From assembly GCA_044892505.1 (NCBI GenBank), contig CM097884.1:135284001-135348000 (forward strand): DNA of 64,000 bases, given 5' to 3'. Below are positions 53,280 to 64,000 of the stretch, one piece after another. The stretch is from Schmidtea nova. Lineage: Eukaryota. Below the pieces are notes generated by a model. That model was not told where the DNA came from, made no database searches, and saw only the letters and a program-made list of their open reading frames with translations. Made by a program: the position numbers and the translations under genes. Position 1 is the stretch's first letter. Every line of letters starts with the position of its first letter.

Positions 53280-55960
53280 TTATTATTGCAATGATTTTAG
53301 GGGTGATTTGGCTGAAAATTTGCTCAGCTTACATAGTAAATTTTTATTGTTCTCCATTTAAAGTGTTAACACTTATCACCTGTCTACAATTTTTTGCTTT
53401 TAAATAACAACTTTTCAATTTTTAAAAATTCAAAATAACAATTACTATTTTTAAAATTATCCAGTTTCCCAGCATCTTTGAGGTTAAAAACGTATTAACC
53501 TATAGCAGGTTAATACCTATATAGTAATCTTAGTTTTATAAATATTTATAAATATTTATAAAATATTTATAATAATATTCTTAATACTAGTATTATTATA
53601 ATTATTATTATAATAATTGTCATGTTTTTAATATATATTATTACTAATTCATTATATTTACTATTATAAATAATTGTTATTATTCATCAAAAATGAATCT
53701 GGTAAAATATTGTGGTCAATTTTTGTGAATTTATTTATGTTATCAATTTGTTGTGTTGATTTCTTACATTTAAGATGACATTATAAAAATAATTGTTATA
53801 TGATTTTAACGAGAAAGATATATACTCATAGCAGTTAATTAATAAAAATAATGATTTTCAATACTGATAATATTATAACTAAAATATATTATTATAATAC
53901 TAATTCATTATGATTTATATTTACTGTTATAAATAATTGTTATTATTCATCAAAAATGAATCTGGTAAAATATTGTGGTCAATTTTTGTGAATTTATTTA
54001 TGTTATCAATTTGTTGTGTTGATTTCTTACATTTAAGATGACATTATAAAAATAATTGTTATATGATTTTAACGAGAAAGATATATACTCATAGCAGTTA
54101 ATTAATAAAAATAATGATTTTCAATACTGATAATATTATAACTAAAATATATTATTATAATACTAATTCATTATGATTTATATTTACTGTTATAAATAAT
54201 TGTTATTATTCATCAAAAATGAATCTGGTAAAATATTGTGGTCAATTTTTGTGAATTTATTTATGTTATCAATTTGTTCTGTTAATTTCTTAAATTTAAA
54301 ATGGCATTATAAAAATAATTGGTATATGATTTTAACGAGAAAAATATATATCCATAAAATAATGATTTTCAATACTGATAATATAATTACTAAAATATAT
54401 TATTATAACTATTATTATTATTAATGTTTATTATTGATATTAATATGTTTATGATATAAATTAATAAATAAATAACAAAATAAGTCTTTGCTGCAAAAAC
54501 AATTTTCTCACTTAATAAAACTGTTTTTGCAGAAAAGGCTTATTTTGTTACTTATTTATTAATTAATGTAATAATAATTGCTGCTAGCAAGGAATCACCA
54601 TTTTATATGTTTATTATTGCTATTATAATTAATAGCTTTTCCATTTGCATTCAAGGTACTTTTATGACGCCTAGCGTCAGTTAAAACATTTAAAGTGACA
54701 TTCAAATGGCAAAACAACAATCGACGCTTATCATCGAATTCAAAATTTAATCACTAGAGGGTTTTAATTAATTTAATTAGAAATAAATAAAATATTAATA
54801 TATCAAATATAAATAATATAATTACATTAAACATCGCATATAAATGATATAATTAAATTAAATTAAATCTACAAATTAAATCAAAAAAATAAAACCCCAT
54901 CAAAATTAAGTCAAATAATTTGAATAAGTCAAAATCAAAATTAGAACAATAAAATCAATAAATATAATATCAATTGACATAGATTCTCACCATCAGTAAA
55001 CTCAATAAAATCAATTAATAAAATCCATAAAGTTCATAAGATCGAAGTGACCAATTCCTTGCTATGTTTATATTGATCCTACACCTATTTGAACTTATTA
55101 TGTAATATTTCAATTTTATGTTTTTTACTATTCTCCCATCTTCCAACAATAGTATATTAGTCTTACATTTGTTGGGTTATTAATGAGTAGTCGGTAGTGG
55201 CTGACTCCTGTGTTCTCTTTATCACGACAAAAAAATTAGACCCAACACAATATTTTTTATTTTTTAATTCAATAATAACACTAAATCACAGAAAGTTAGA
55301 AATGTTCTGCAATCTGCGATAGGGTATATCTCCAATGGAATATCTCCCTTTCTGGTACGCAGGAAATTGATAGATCAATACTTTATAATTTTTAATTACC
55401 GTTTCAGCTTCCTATTCTACTTTCAGATTTCTCGCTCAACTCTTTTGAATTTTTCTTAGACCACCTGGCAATATCGGCAAATTGCCCTCAGTTTATATAC
55501 TATCTTTTCCCTTTCATCTTGTCGCCTTAATTGAATTTTGCTGACAATGGGTTTGCGGCTTATCCCTAGCATCATTTCCTCATCCAATTTATTTGGATAA
55601 TTAAATGAGTTTGTTGATGCCCCGGGTTTCCCATTAGATCGTGTTTTTCTATTAGCTCAAATTTCCCATTAGGCAATTAATTATTTTTAATTAATTTGTA
55701 CTTCCTTAATATTTCTTTCTGGGGGTCTCTTTTTAATTTTATATACCCATATTTGAATTCATCTCGTCATTTGGCATCCTCCAAACCAGTTTCCCCCTCT
55801 GAATCTTTATTTTTGATTTTCACTTTACTTATTATTTTTCCAATTTTGTATTGATTTTCACATAGCTTTTGTGCCTTTTAGTTTCATTTCCTGTTTATTT
55901 TAACAACCCCAAAACGTTTATGAATCCCTTCTCGATTTTATAAGCTTTAGTTTCCTTTTA
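53280..55960 (-). repeat. Decayed paralog of the 13644-16160 block (second repeat family)
   Basis: Shared DNA motifs (GGGTGATTTG.CTGA, CAATTACTATTTTTA, CCCAGCATC, TGACGCCT.GCGTC, CTAGAGGG); peptide ILLLEDGRIVKNIKLKYYIISSNRCRINI at ~55060-55165. Confidence 0.6.
53645..54420. repeat. Tandem repeat, 263-bp unit, ~3 copies
   Basis: AAATGAATCTGG recurs at 53691, 53954 and 54217. Confidence 0.9.
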
Positions 55961-56345
55961 TTTTTATTTCTAATTTTCTGTTCTTGCTTTATGAACTATG
56001 CATATTACAGGCAGCTAAAATGAGAAATATTGAAAATGCCATTTTAAGAATAAAATAGTCTTGCTAGGGGGTTTAAAATCGAAGTTCTCAAGGACTATTA
56101 ATTTCGATACTTATGAATTATTGTGAAATTCTAGCTCGGCAGATTAAAGTAAAATTGACAGAAAGTATGGATTAATAGAAAATAAAAAATCGGAAAGAAA
56201 TTAACTTGGTTTCAATAAGACTATTTTATATGAGAGCATCTTGAACTGATAATTTTATCCGAATCATTTTAGGAATTATTAGAACTAGCCCTCGCGCTGG
56301 TTTCCATAATGAGTAGCTATTTCCAAACAGCAAGGTTAACTAAAT

Positions 56346-56651
56346 CAGTGCTCCCCAACCTTTTTTGCAGCCACTGACCCTTTGGATGAAAATATTTGTC
56401 GCCGCGGACCGCTATTGTCGATTTTTAGAAAAAATTTAATTGGCGTCGGAAAAACATGATATGCCTTGATTAAAAATAGCTTGTATAATGTATACTTCTC
56501 TTCTATAATTTATGATTCTATTTCAAGGAAGGATTTTTATGCATTAAAAAAGCGGGAAATGTAGTTCTATTAAGAAATTTACATAAAACTTGTATCTTAA
56601 TTAATAAAATTTATCAAATGCCCCGCGGACTACAAGTTGGAGAACAAGGCA
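56346..56651. mobile_element. Degenerate hAT-like MITE
   Basis: Begins CAGTGCTCCCCAACC; degenerate end GTTGGAGAAC; GCGGAC subterminal motifs; TSD not clean. Confidence 0.4.
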
Positions 56652-57599
56652 CCAAATGACCCAGGACCACGGGTTTGAAATAATTCAGTACGGCAACAAT
56701 CATTGACACATCTAAGTGAAAAAGAATCAAACATATTGGAAAGAAAAATACTAGTCATCGAACGAGAACTGAAAGATAAAGTTTACTCATTATAACAAGT
56801 TTTCTTTAATAAATGGATCTTAAGACAAATTTCACGAAATTATTGCTGCGAATTCAAGTCCTCATAATTCTTGTAACACCAAACAACATAAATATCTATC
56901 TGAGTTCACCTTTTAATTATGCACATACGCAATCAGTGAGAGATAATTCTCTATTTGAGTTTCACTGAAACAATTATTATTATTATTTATTGATTACGTA
57001 GTATCCGTAGGACATGAAACCTACACTGAAAAAAAGAATAGATAAAATAACAGTAGATTCCAGGACAACATATTACAAGAGGAAAATGGTTTAAATTGAA
57101 GAACATTATGCTTGAACTATGTGGCGAAGAAACAAAAGTGGGAATATAAGACTGATGTACTGAAAAGTTAAAAACAAATTAATTGACAACATACAAATGC
57201 CAAAATATTCCCCGTTAAAAGACATTTATTGGGAGAATATAGAAAACCTTATATAATTCTTTCGAAATTAATAGAAACTGACGTTTTAATTCGTCTAAAA
57301 CAATTAACCAATAAGAGGTTATGTCTGCACTATGTGCTCATCTTAAATTCATATATTGCATAAACGCCAAAAAGACTCCAAAAAATGACAGAAATTGGAA
57401 GCAGTTGCTCCAAGGAAATTTTTCAAACTTCTGTCTGTCAAGTATGACAATGTCTAATTATCGCGAAAATTTGAAATTTAAATAGAGTAAAAACTTCTTT
57501 AAACTGATTGTCCAGCCAGAAATCTCAGTAAAATTATTTTTATATTTAATTATTTTATATAACCACCTATAATCTACCACTGGTATATTCTTGAAGAAA

Positions 57600-58490
57600 A
57601 ATGAATCTATTTTAGTTTGCTTAAGTTTCATGTTAAGATGAGAGAGAGGAAATTCATATCATGCTTTTTAGAATGTATATAATAAATTAATTTTCACTTG
57701 TGGTCACGCCAAGCTGCGGCCATAGTTAAATTAAAATAAATTTAAATTATAAGAGTTGCTGTGATTTTGATTGGTATAGAAGATTTAGAGTCGAACTTCA
57801 GATAACGATTGAAAATTGTAAAAAAATATAAATGAAATTTTATTTTAAAAATTTCAAATTAAAATATGGTTGACAATTAAGATTTGTTTGTTCAAATCAG
57901 TTGCTTTCGTATTGCTTTGTATTTAAAAAAAATATAAGTGGTATTGATCAACATAAAGAAAGCTACAACATCTGTATCTACAAGGTGCTACAATAAGTCC
58001 ATCTTACTATTTACGGAAAGCTATTTAAAAAAACCTTTCCTAAAAATATACTATTTTAATTTGCTAAAGTTTCTTGTTAAGGTGAGAGAGAGGAAATTCA
58101 TTTCATGAATTTTAGAGTGTATATAATAAATTAATTTTCACTTGTGGTCGCGCCAAGCTGCGGCCATAGTTAAATTAAAATAAATTTAAATTATAAAAAA
58201 GTTGCTGTGATTTTGATTGGTATGGAGCATTTAAAGGCGAACTTGAGAAAACGACTGAAAATTGTAAAAATATAAATGAAATTTTATTTAAGAAATTTGA
58301 AATTAAAAATTGTTGACAATTAAGATTTGTTTGGTTTCGATTTGCTTTGGATTTAAAAAAGTAGAAGTTGTATTGATCAACATAAAGAAAGCTACAACAT
58401 CTGTATCTACAAGGTGCTACAATAAGTCCATCTTACTATTTATAGAAAGCTCTTTAAAAAACTTTACTAAAAATATACTAAAATCTCTCA
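57600..58490. repeat. Tandem duplication, ~444-bp unit, 2 copies
   Basis: TTAAG.TGAGAGAGAGGAAATTCAT...CCAAGCTGCGGCCATAG...CTACAACATCTGTATCTACAAGG occurs from 57633 and from 58077. Confidence 0.85.
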
Positions 58491-59097
58491 ATTTTGGGAT
58501 AAATTAGTTTTATAACCACAAGATGGCCACTACCAAATAAACATGTGTTAACGTGTGCAATTAGACGTGAAATGTGTATCAAATATTTATGTATTGATCG
58601 CCATTAAATTGGAGTTAACGGGAAAAAATCAATTGAAATCGGACATAATTCTACTAACATTTATAAATTCGTTATAAATTTATATTTCTGTTTCAAATTA
58701 CGCATAAGGAATATTGTTAATTTTGTAAACTTGTTTCCACTAATTAAAAAACAAGTAGTGTTGTGTTGCATTTCTCGGCACTAAAGAAAACAGGCAAACT
58801 GTCTATTTTAAAATTTAAATAATTTTTTTATTTTAAATAAAAAAGACAAAAATCTATTTTTTCAGGATAAAATTTCAATTAACTAATCATATTCTAATTA
58901 AAAATTGATATGGACTCATTAAACATTATTTCGTCACTTAAAAAAGTATCCAAGCTTCTCAAGTGGGTACCGCATGAGCTATCTGAAACCAATTTGATAT
59001 GCGGCGTCATTTCTTAATTCCATTTTTATTTATTTAATTAATTAATTAATTAATTATTAATATTGTTTATATTTTTTTAATTATTCAAAAATGTTGT

Positions 59098-59462
59098 ATG
59101 ATATTCCCGAGTGGCAAAACGAAACAGGTTGTAGACAGAAGCGGTAAGTACCCCATCATCTTCTTCAGATCTGCAAAGTGTCGAGTAATGGGATGCAAAC
59201 AACCGTTAAAGCCGGGGGATTTGAAATCCAAAATTAAAAATTTAGAGATTCAATCAATTACCGTGACGGTCGATGTCGGCAAATTTATTAATTTATACGA
59301 ATTACAAAAGATATGTCGCTGTTGGTTCAAACCCGAAATATTCCCAGCATTACGCATACAGAAATTCGATCCAGTATGTGTCAATGTATGTTCAAGCGGC
59401 AAAGGTGTTATGCTTGGAATTAAAACTTTGGTTTTTAAAAATTATGTGGAAAATATAATTAA
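59098..59462 (+). pseudogene. Divergent TBP-like (TATA-binding protein fold) fragment
   Basis: IIFFRSAKCRVMG, ITVTVDVGKFINLYEL, FKPEIFPALRI, VNVCSSGKGVMLGIK parallel the TBP repeat motifs; intronless; cut by a piggyBac at TTAA. Confidence 0.55.
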
Positions 59463-61536
59463 CCCCTTTACCGTGTGTCACGAGTTAACTCGTCATCAGA
59501 TGTAAAAGTCTTCTTCGTGCTGTGCGTCCCTAGTAAACTCGTGTTAATACAAAAATAGCATAGGAAATGTATAGGGCGGCTAATCCAACAGCCAGTTCAA
59601 CAGTGGATGATAAAAGTAGGTCATCACGTGATGCCAAAAGTGGAAAGTAGACAAGAACAAAAATGTAAGAAATAACAAAAAACTTTTTATTATAGCGTTT
59701 CTCACATAAAAAAACTATTTTCACAAATAAAAAAACTATTAAAAATAAATTTATTCAATAAAATTTATTCTATATATTAAATCTTGAAATTTAATCTTAA
59801 TACCCATGACTACACGTAAAAAGCAAATGACTGACGAAATTCGCAAAAAGATCATTGATAAATTTGAATCTGGAGAATCACCTACAACAATTTCACAGGA
59901 TCTTGAATTAGAAGTGTAATACAACTTTACAAAACAGATGGTCGTATTAGCAAGAAAACTCAAAGAAGGTCTAAAATTACAAAAAATCACGCCGGACATT
60001 GAAAATTTAATAAATTCAAAAATTGAACAAGATGTTTTAATTACATTAAAATCATTAGAGGAATGTATTTTTTCTGAGAAAGAGTGTCTGTATCATTGCC
60101 AACTATTGAGAGGTCACTCAACGATATGAATTATTCTTTAAAAAGAGTAGTATTAGTTCCTGGGGCCCGCAATACCCCAGATAATATGGGAAAACGCTCT
60201 GAATATGCCAATAACTTCTTGCTACTTGATGAAGAAAAAACAATTTTTATTGACGAAATGGGTGTAAGTTGTTCACTTCGACTCGCTTATAGAAGAAGTA
60301 TTGTGGGAAGTCCAGCAAGAAAAAATATTAGAGCGATTCGTTCTAAAAATTATCCAATCTGTTCAGGCATTGCAAAAAAATGGTTTGATTGCTTATCACA
60401 CTCAAAATAGCGCTTTTAAAGGAAATAGTTTAAAGATTTATTTGTGAAGATGAGAGAAAAAAATATGAATAATTATACAATCATAATGGACAATGTGGCT
60501 TTCCATAAAATATCTGAAGTTCGAAATTGTATTGAGGAACATGGTGATTTTCTATTGTTTCTTCCACCTTACAGTCCTTCAGTTAAATCCAATTGAGGAG
60601 TTTTTTTAGTAAGTGGAAACATTATGTAAGGGTGGCAAACGCAAATACGATTAATGAACTTGAAAATGCAATTACATTAGGATGTTCAATAGTTACCGCT
60701 GATGATTGTTTAGGATTCTTTAGGAATGTATGATCATATTGTTTAAAAGCAATTCGAATGGAGGAATTTTAACTAAACTTTAATGTTTATTTAAACCTTT
60801 TTTAATATAATTTATTTGTAATACATTAAATATAGTTTAATTATGATTTAAATAAACCATTTTATTATTTAATTTTAATAGTTTTTTATGTGAGAAACGC
60901 TTTATGATTTTATTATGATTATAATTTATGCATAGTATCCAGATACATCAAAAGTTAGTCATTTACAATTTGTTGTCAACAAAGACCGAACGACTTCTCG
61001 AGAAATATCATGTTACTGATCAATAGCAACGCCAAGGTAGATCATCGAACAAAATCAGTAATCCCCTACGTCTAACTGTTCGACATTTTCATATGTTCAT
61101 TCCAGCCAATACTGTAAAACAAGCACCAACAAAGAGATGTAAAGTGTGTTGCAACAAACCTGGTCCCGACGGAAGAAAATTTCGTAAAGATAGACGATAC
61201 TACTGTCCGGAGCGTGATACAGCTCCATGTTTCGGTGTTTATCACACCAAATAAGATAACTAAAAACAATTGACATCGAATATTCGTATCAGATCAGTTC
61301 GTTATTGAACAGTACAATTTAGTATAGAACATTGGAAGCAGTGTTTAAAAAATTTTTTAATTTTTTTAAAAAAGTACGACAATTCCGGTTTTTCTTATTT
61401 TCCTCACAATTTCACAAGACAACCGATTTTCACTTAAAAAACATTTTATTTTGCTAGAATAACACAACATATTAAATTATGATAGAAGAAAATACACGGT
61501 TTGCATAAGAAAAAAAAAATTTCCACGGTAAAGGGG
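59463..61536 (+). mobile_element. Internally deleted piggyBac element
   Basis: Perfect 13-bp TIRs CCCCTTTACCGTG; TTAA on both sides; remnant PLRLTVRHF...KRCKVC...RYYC...PCFGVYHT at ~61065-61250. Confidence 0.88.
59693..60902 (+). mobile_element. Tc1/mariner (IS630-like) element with broken transposase, nested in the piggyBac
   Basis: ~26-bp TIRs (AGCGTTTCTCACATAAAAAA.CTATT); TA flanks; IFIDEMG, IIMDNVAFHK, FLPPYSP, NPIEEFF motifs across frames. Confidence 0.88.
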
Positions 61537-61589
61537 TTAATGAAAGAAATACATTAATTAATTAAATAAATTTTGTTTGTATTAATTGT

Positions 61590-62578
61590 TGTACTAATAT
61601 ACTAAAATTAAATCAGGCAGATAATATACTAATATTAAATTAGGGCATATAATGTATTAATATTAAATCAGGCAGATAATGTACTAATATTAAATTAGGG
61701 CAGATAATGTATTAATATTAAATCAGGCAGATAATATACTAATATTAAATTAGGGAAGATAATGTACTAACATTAAATCAGACAGATAATATACTAATAT
61801 TAAATTAGGGCAGATAATGTACTTATATTAAATTAGGGCAGATAATGTATTAATATTAAATCAGGCAGATAATATACTAATATTAAATTAGGGAAGATAA
61901 TGTACTAACATTAAATCAGACAGATAATATACTAATATTAAATTAGGGCAGATAATGTACTTATATTAAATTAGGGCAGAAAATGTATTAATATTAAATC
62001 AGGCAGATAATATACTAATATTAAATTAGGGCAGATAATGTACTAATATTAAATCAGGGCAGATAATGTACTTATATTAAATTTGAGCAGATAATGTACT
62101 AATATTAAATCAGGGCAGATAATGTACTAATATTAAATTAGGGCAGATAATGTACTAATATTAAATCAGGGCAGATAATGTACTTATATTAAATTTGAGC
62201 AGATAATGTACTAATATTAAATCAGGGCAGATAATGTACTAATATTAAATTAGGGCAGATAATGTACTAATATTAAATTAGGGCAGATAATGTATTAATA
62301 TTAAATCAGGCAGATAATATACTAATATTAAATTAGGGCAGATAATGTACTAATATTAAATCAGGGCAGATAATGTACTTATATTAAATTTGAGCAGATA
62401 ATGTACTAATATTAAATCAGGGCAGATAATGTACTAATATTAAATCAGGGCAGATAATGTACTAATATTAAATCAGGGCAGATAATGTACTAATATTAAA
62501 TCAGGGCAGATAATGTACTAATATTAAATCAGGGCAGATAAGGTACTAATATTAAATCAGGGCAGATAATGTACTTGA
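61590..62578. repeat. Minisatellite, 27-28 bp unit (AATATTAAATCAGGGCAGATAATGTACT), roughly 35 copies
   Basis: Visible tandem periodicity with variant units; flanked by a ~48-bp direct repeat (61542 and 62582). Confidence 0.92.
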
Positions 62579-62935
62579 TCCGAAATAAATACATTAATTA
62601 AATAAATAAATTTTGTTTGTATTAATTGTTCTTCATTGATTGCAAAAATTTGAAAATGTCTAAAAGTAAGATTGTAGTTAGTTTTTAATTATTATTTTTC
62701 TTTTTAGTTTATTTACTAGAAGTTCTCACAAATATCCAGGAGCTCTATCCAAACTCCAAACCAAATCTAGATTATTGTGCACCCGAGTAGTTGGTAAACA
62801 AAATATGTCAATACATGGGGATCAATATAGAAGAGTTATTGGAATTATACTATTACATGGTGCTTGGGAACAATGTCAAATGTGATGAAAATTGTATTGT
62901 TTGCAAGGATTCGCTGAGAGTTTCATGCACTAATG

Positions 62936-63108
62936 CAGGACTGTCTAACCGCGGCCCAACTTAAACTCATTATGTTTCAATTTCTTACTCCAAAAATGTT
63001 TATAGTGTATCTAAATCGAATATGAGGACATATAATTTCATTTGTGGCGGTGGAGTTATGATGTATATCCACAGCGGCCCGCAAAATCATTTGGGTTGGC
63101 CACCCCTG
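62936..63108. mobile_element. hAT-type MITE related to 533-935
   Basis: CAGGACTGTCTAACC / GGGTTGGCCACCCCTG ends; perfect 8-bp TSD CACTAATG (62928-62935, 63109-63116). Confidence 0.85.
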
Positions 63109-64000
63109 CACTAATGGATGCGCTTGTTGTCACGATTTCAAACGACAGCAATCCGTTCATATTATGACGATGTTTTTAATAACAAATGAATTTCAAGATG
63201 ATATTTTTAGTGAATAAAATTTTATTTAAAAAATTGTTGTTTTCATTGTTGTTTGTGAAAATTTAATGCGAAAAATATTTGAGATTGTTCAAAGTTTTTA
63301 TTTGGGGAAAATTTTTGGGAAACGTGGGAGTCATTTTTACATGTAAAAATTAGTCGGATGAGATTTGAAGAATATATTTTTGACCTTTTTTGTTCGGCAT
63401 TCGAATGGTAATAAAATTATTTAATTCTGATGAAATTTTTACTAATTGTGACTATCCGTGTTTTTGATTTGGGAAATGTGGAAGTCGAGGGTTTTTACGT
63501 GGTAAATTGCATATTTTCATGTGTTTTTATATGATTTGTCGGAAAAAATACACGTTTTTTTAAAGCTTGCATGCTTTTTATAAAAATTTGAAAAATTTCA
63601 ATGTTTTTTAAAAAAATTGCCGAAAAATTGAAAAATTTCATTGATTTCTGATAATTTTACAAAATAAATTTGGGAAAAAATTCATAAATATTGAAAAATC
63701 TTTAAAATTTCATTATTACATCATTAATTATATAATAAAAATTGATTATAAAATTGATTACATCATCGTTTGCGTAATGAAAATTAGTTTGTAGTATAAA
63801 AAGTGATTAACGTAATACTGCAGTATCACGTAGTTTTTTACGTATTATATTACGTAACTTTATACAATTTAGGGATAAATGACTTTTGCCAGATCGCTCA
63901 TTCTCCCCTACTCAAGAAATTTAATAAAATCAAATGCAGAAATATTTCCACTTCAAGCAATACAAATTTAGATTGCTTGGAGCAAGGAGAAAAGGAATCG

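Overview
AT-rich eukaryotic (invertebrate-like) DNA made almost entirely of nested mobile elements; no rRNA, tRNA or CRISPR. The centrepiece is an apparently young, full-length 29,484-bp Ty3/Gypsy-type LTR element (21141-50624). It has two 3,283-bp LTRs, a 4-bp target-site duplication (TSD) AGAT and a tRNA-Pro-like primer-binding site (PBS), and it sits inside a piggyBac remnant. It encodes Gag (3 CCHC knuckles) and a 4,557-aa polyprotein. That polyprotein carries, in order: ubiquitin-like repeats, an AT-hook, a Bcl-2-like domain, a chuvirus-type fusion glycoprotein placed before the protease, PR-RT-RNaseH-IN, two ankyrin clusters, and an FN3-like membrane protein. Separate ORFs encode an IAP-type RING, a complete intronless TRAF, coiled-coil proteins and a small membrane protein, and each LTR carries two ORFs. 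Two diverged solo LTRs of the same family (8755-11635, TSD TTAG; 16161-19240, TSD CTTT) and three LTR-end fragments record repeated invasions. The flanks hold a second, minus-strand repeat family with a REXO4/ISG20-like exonuclease pseudogene, hAT, piggyBac and Tc1/mariner remnants, a TBP-like fragment and tandem repeats. All domain calls come from motif recognition by eye, not database searches.
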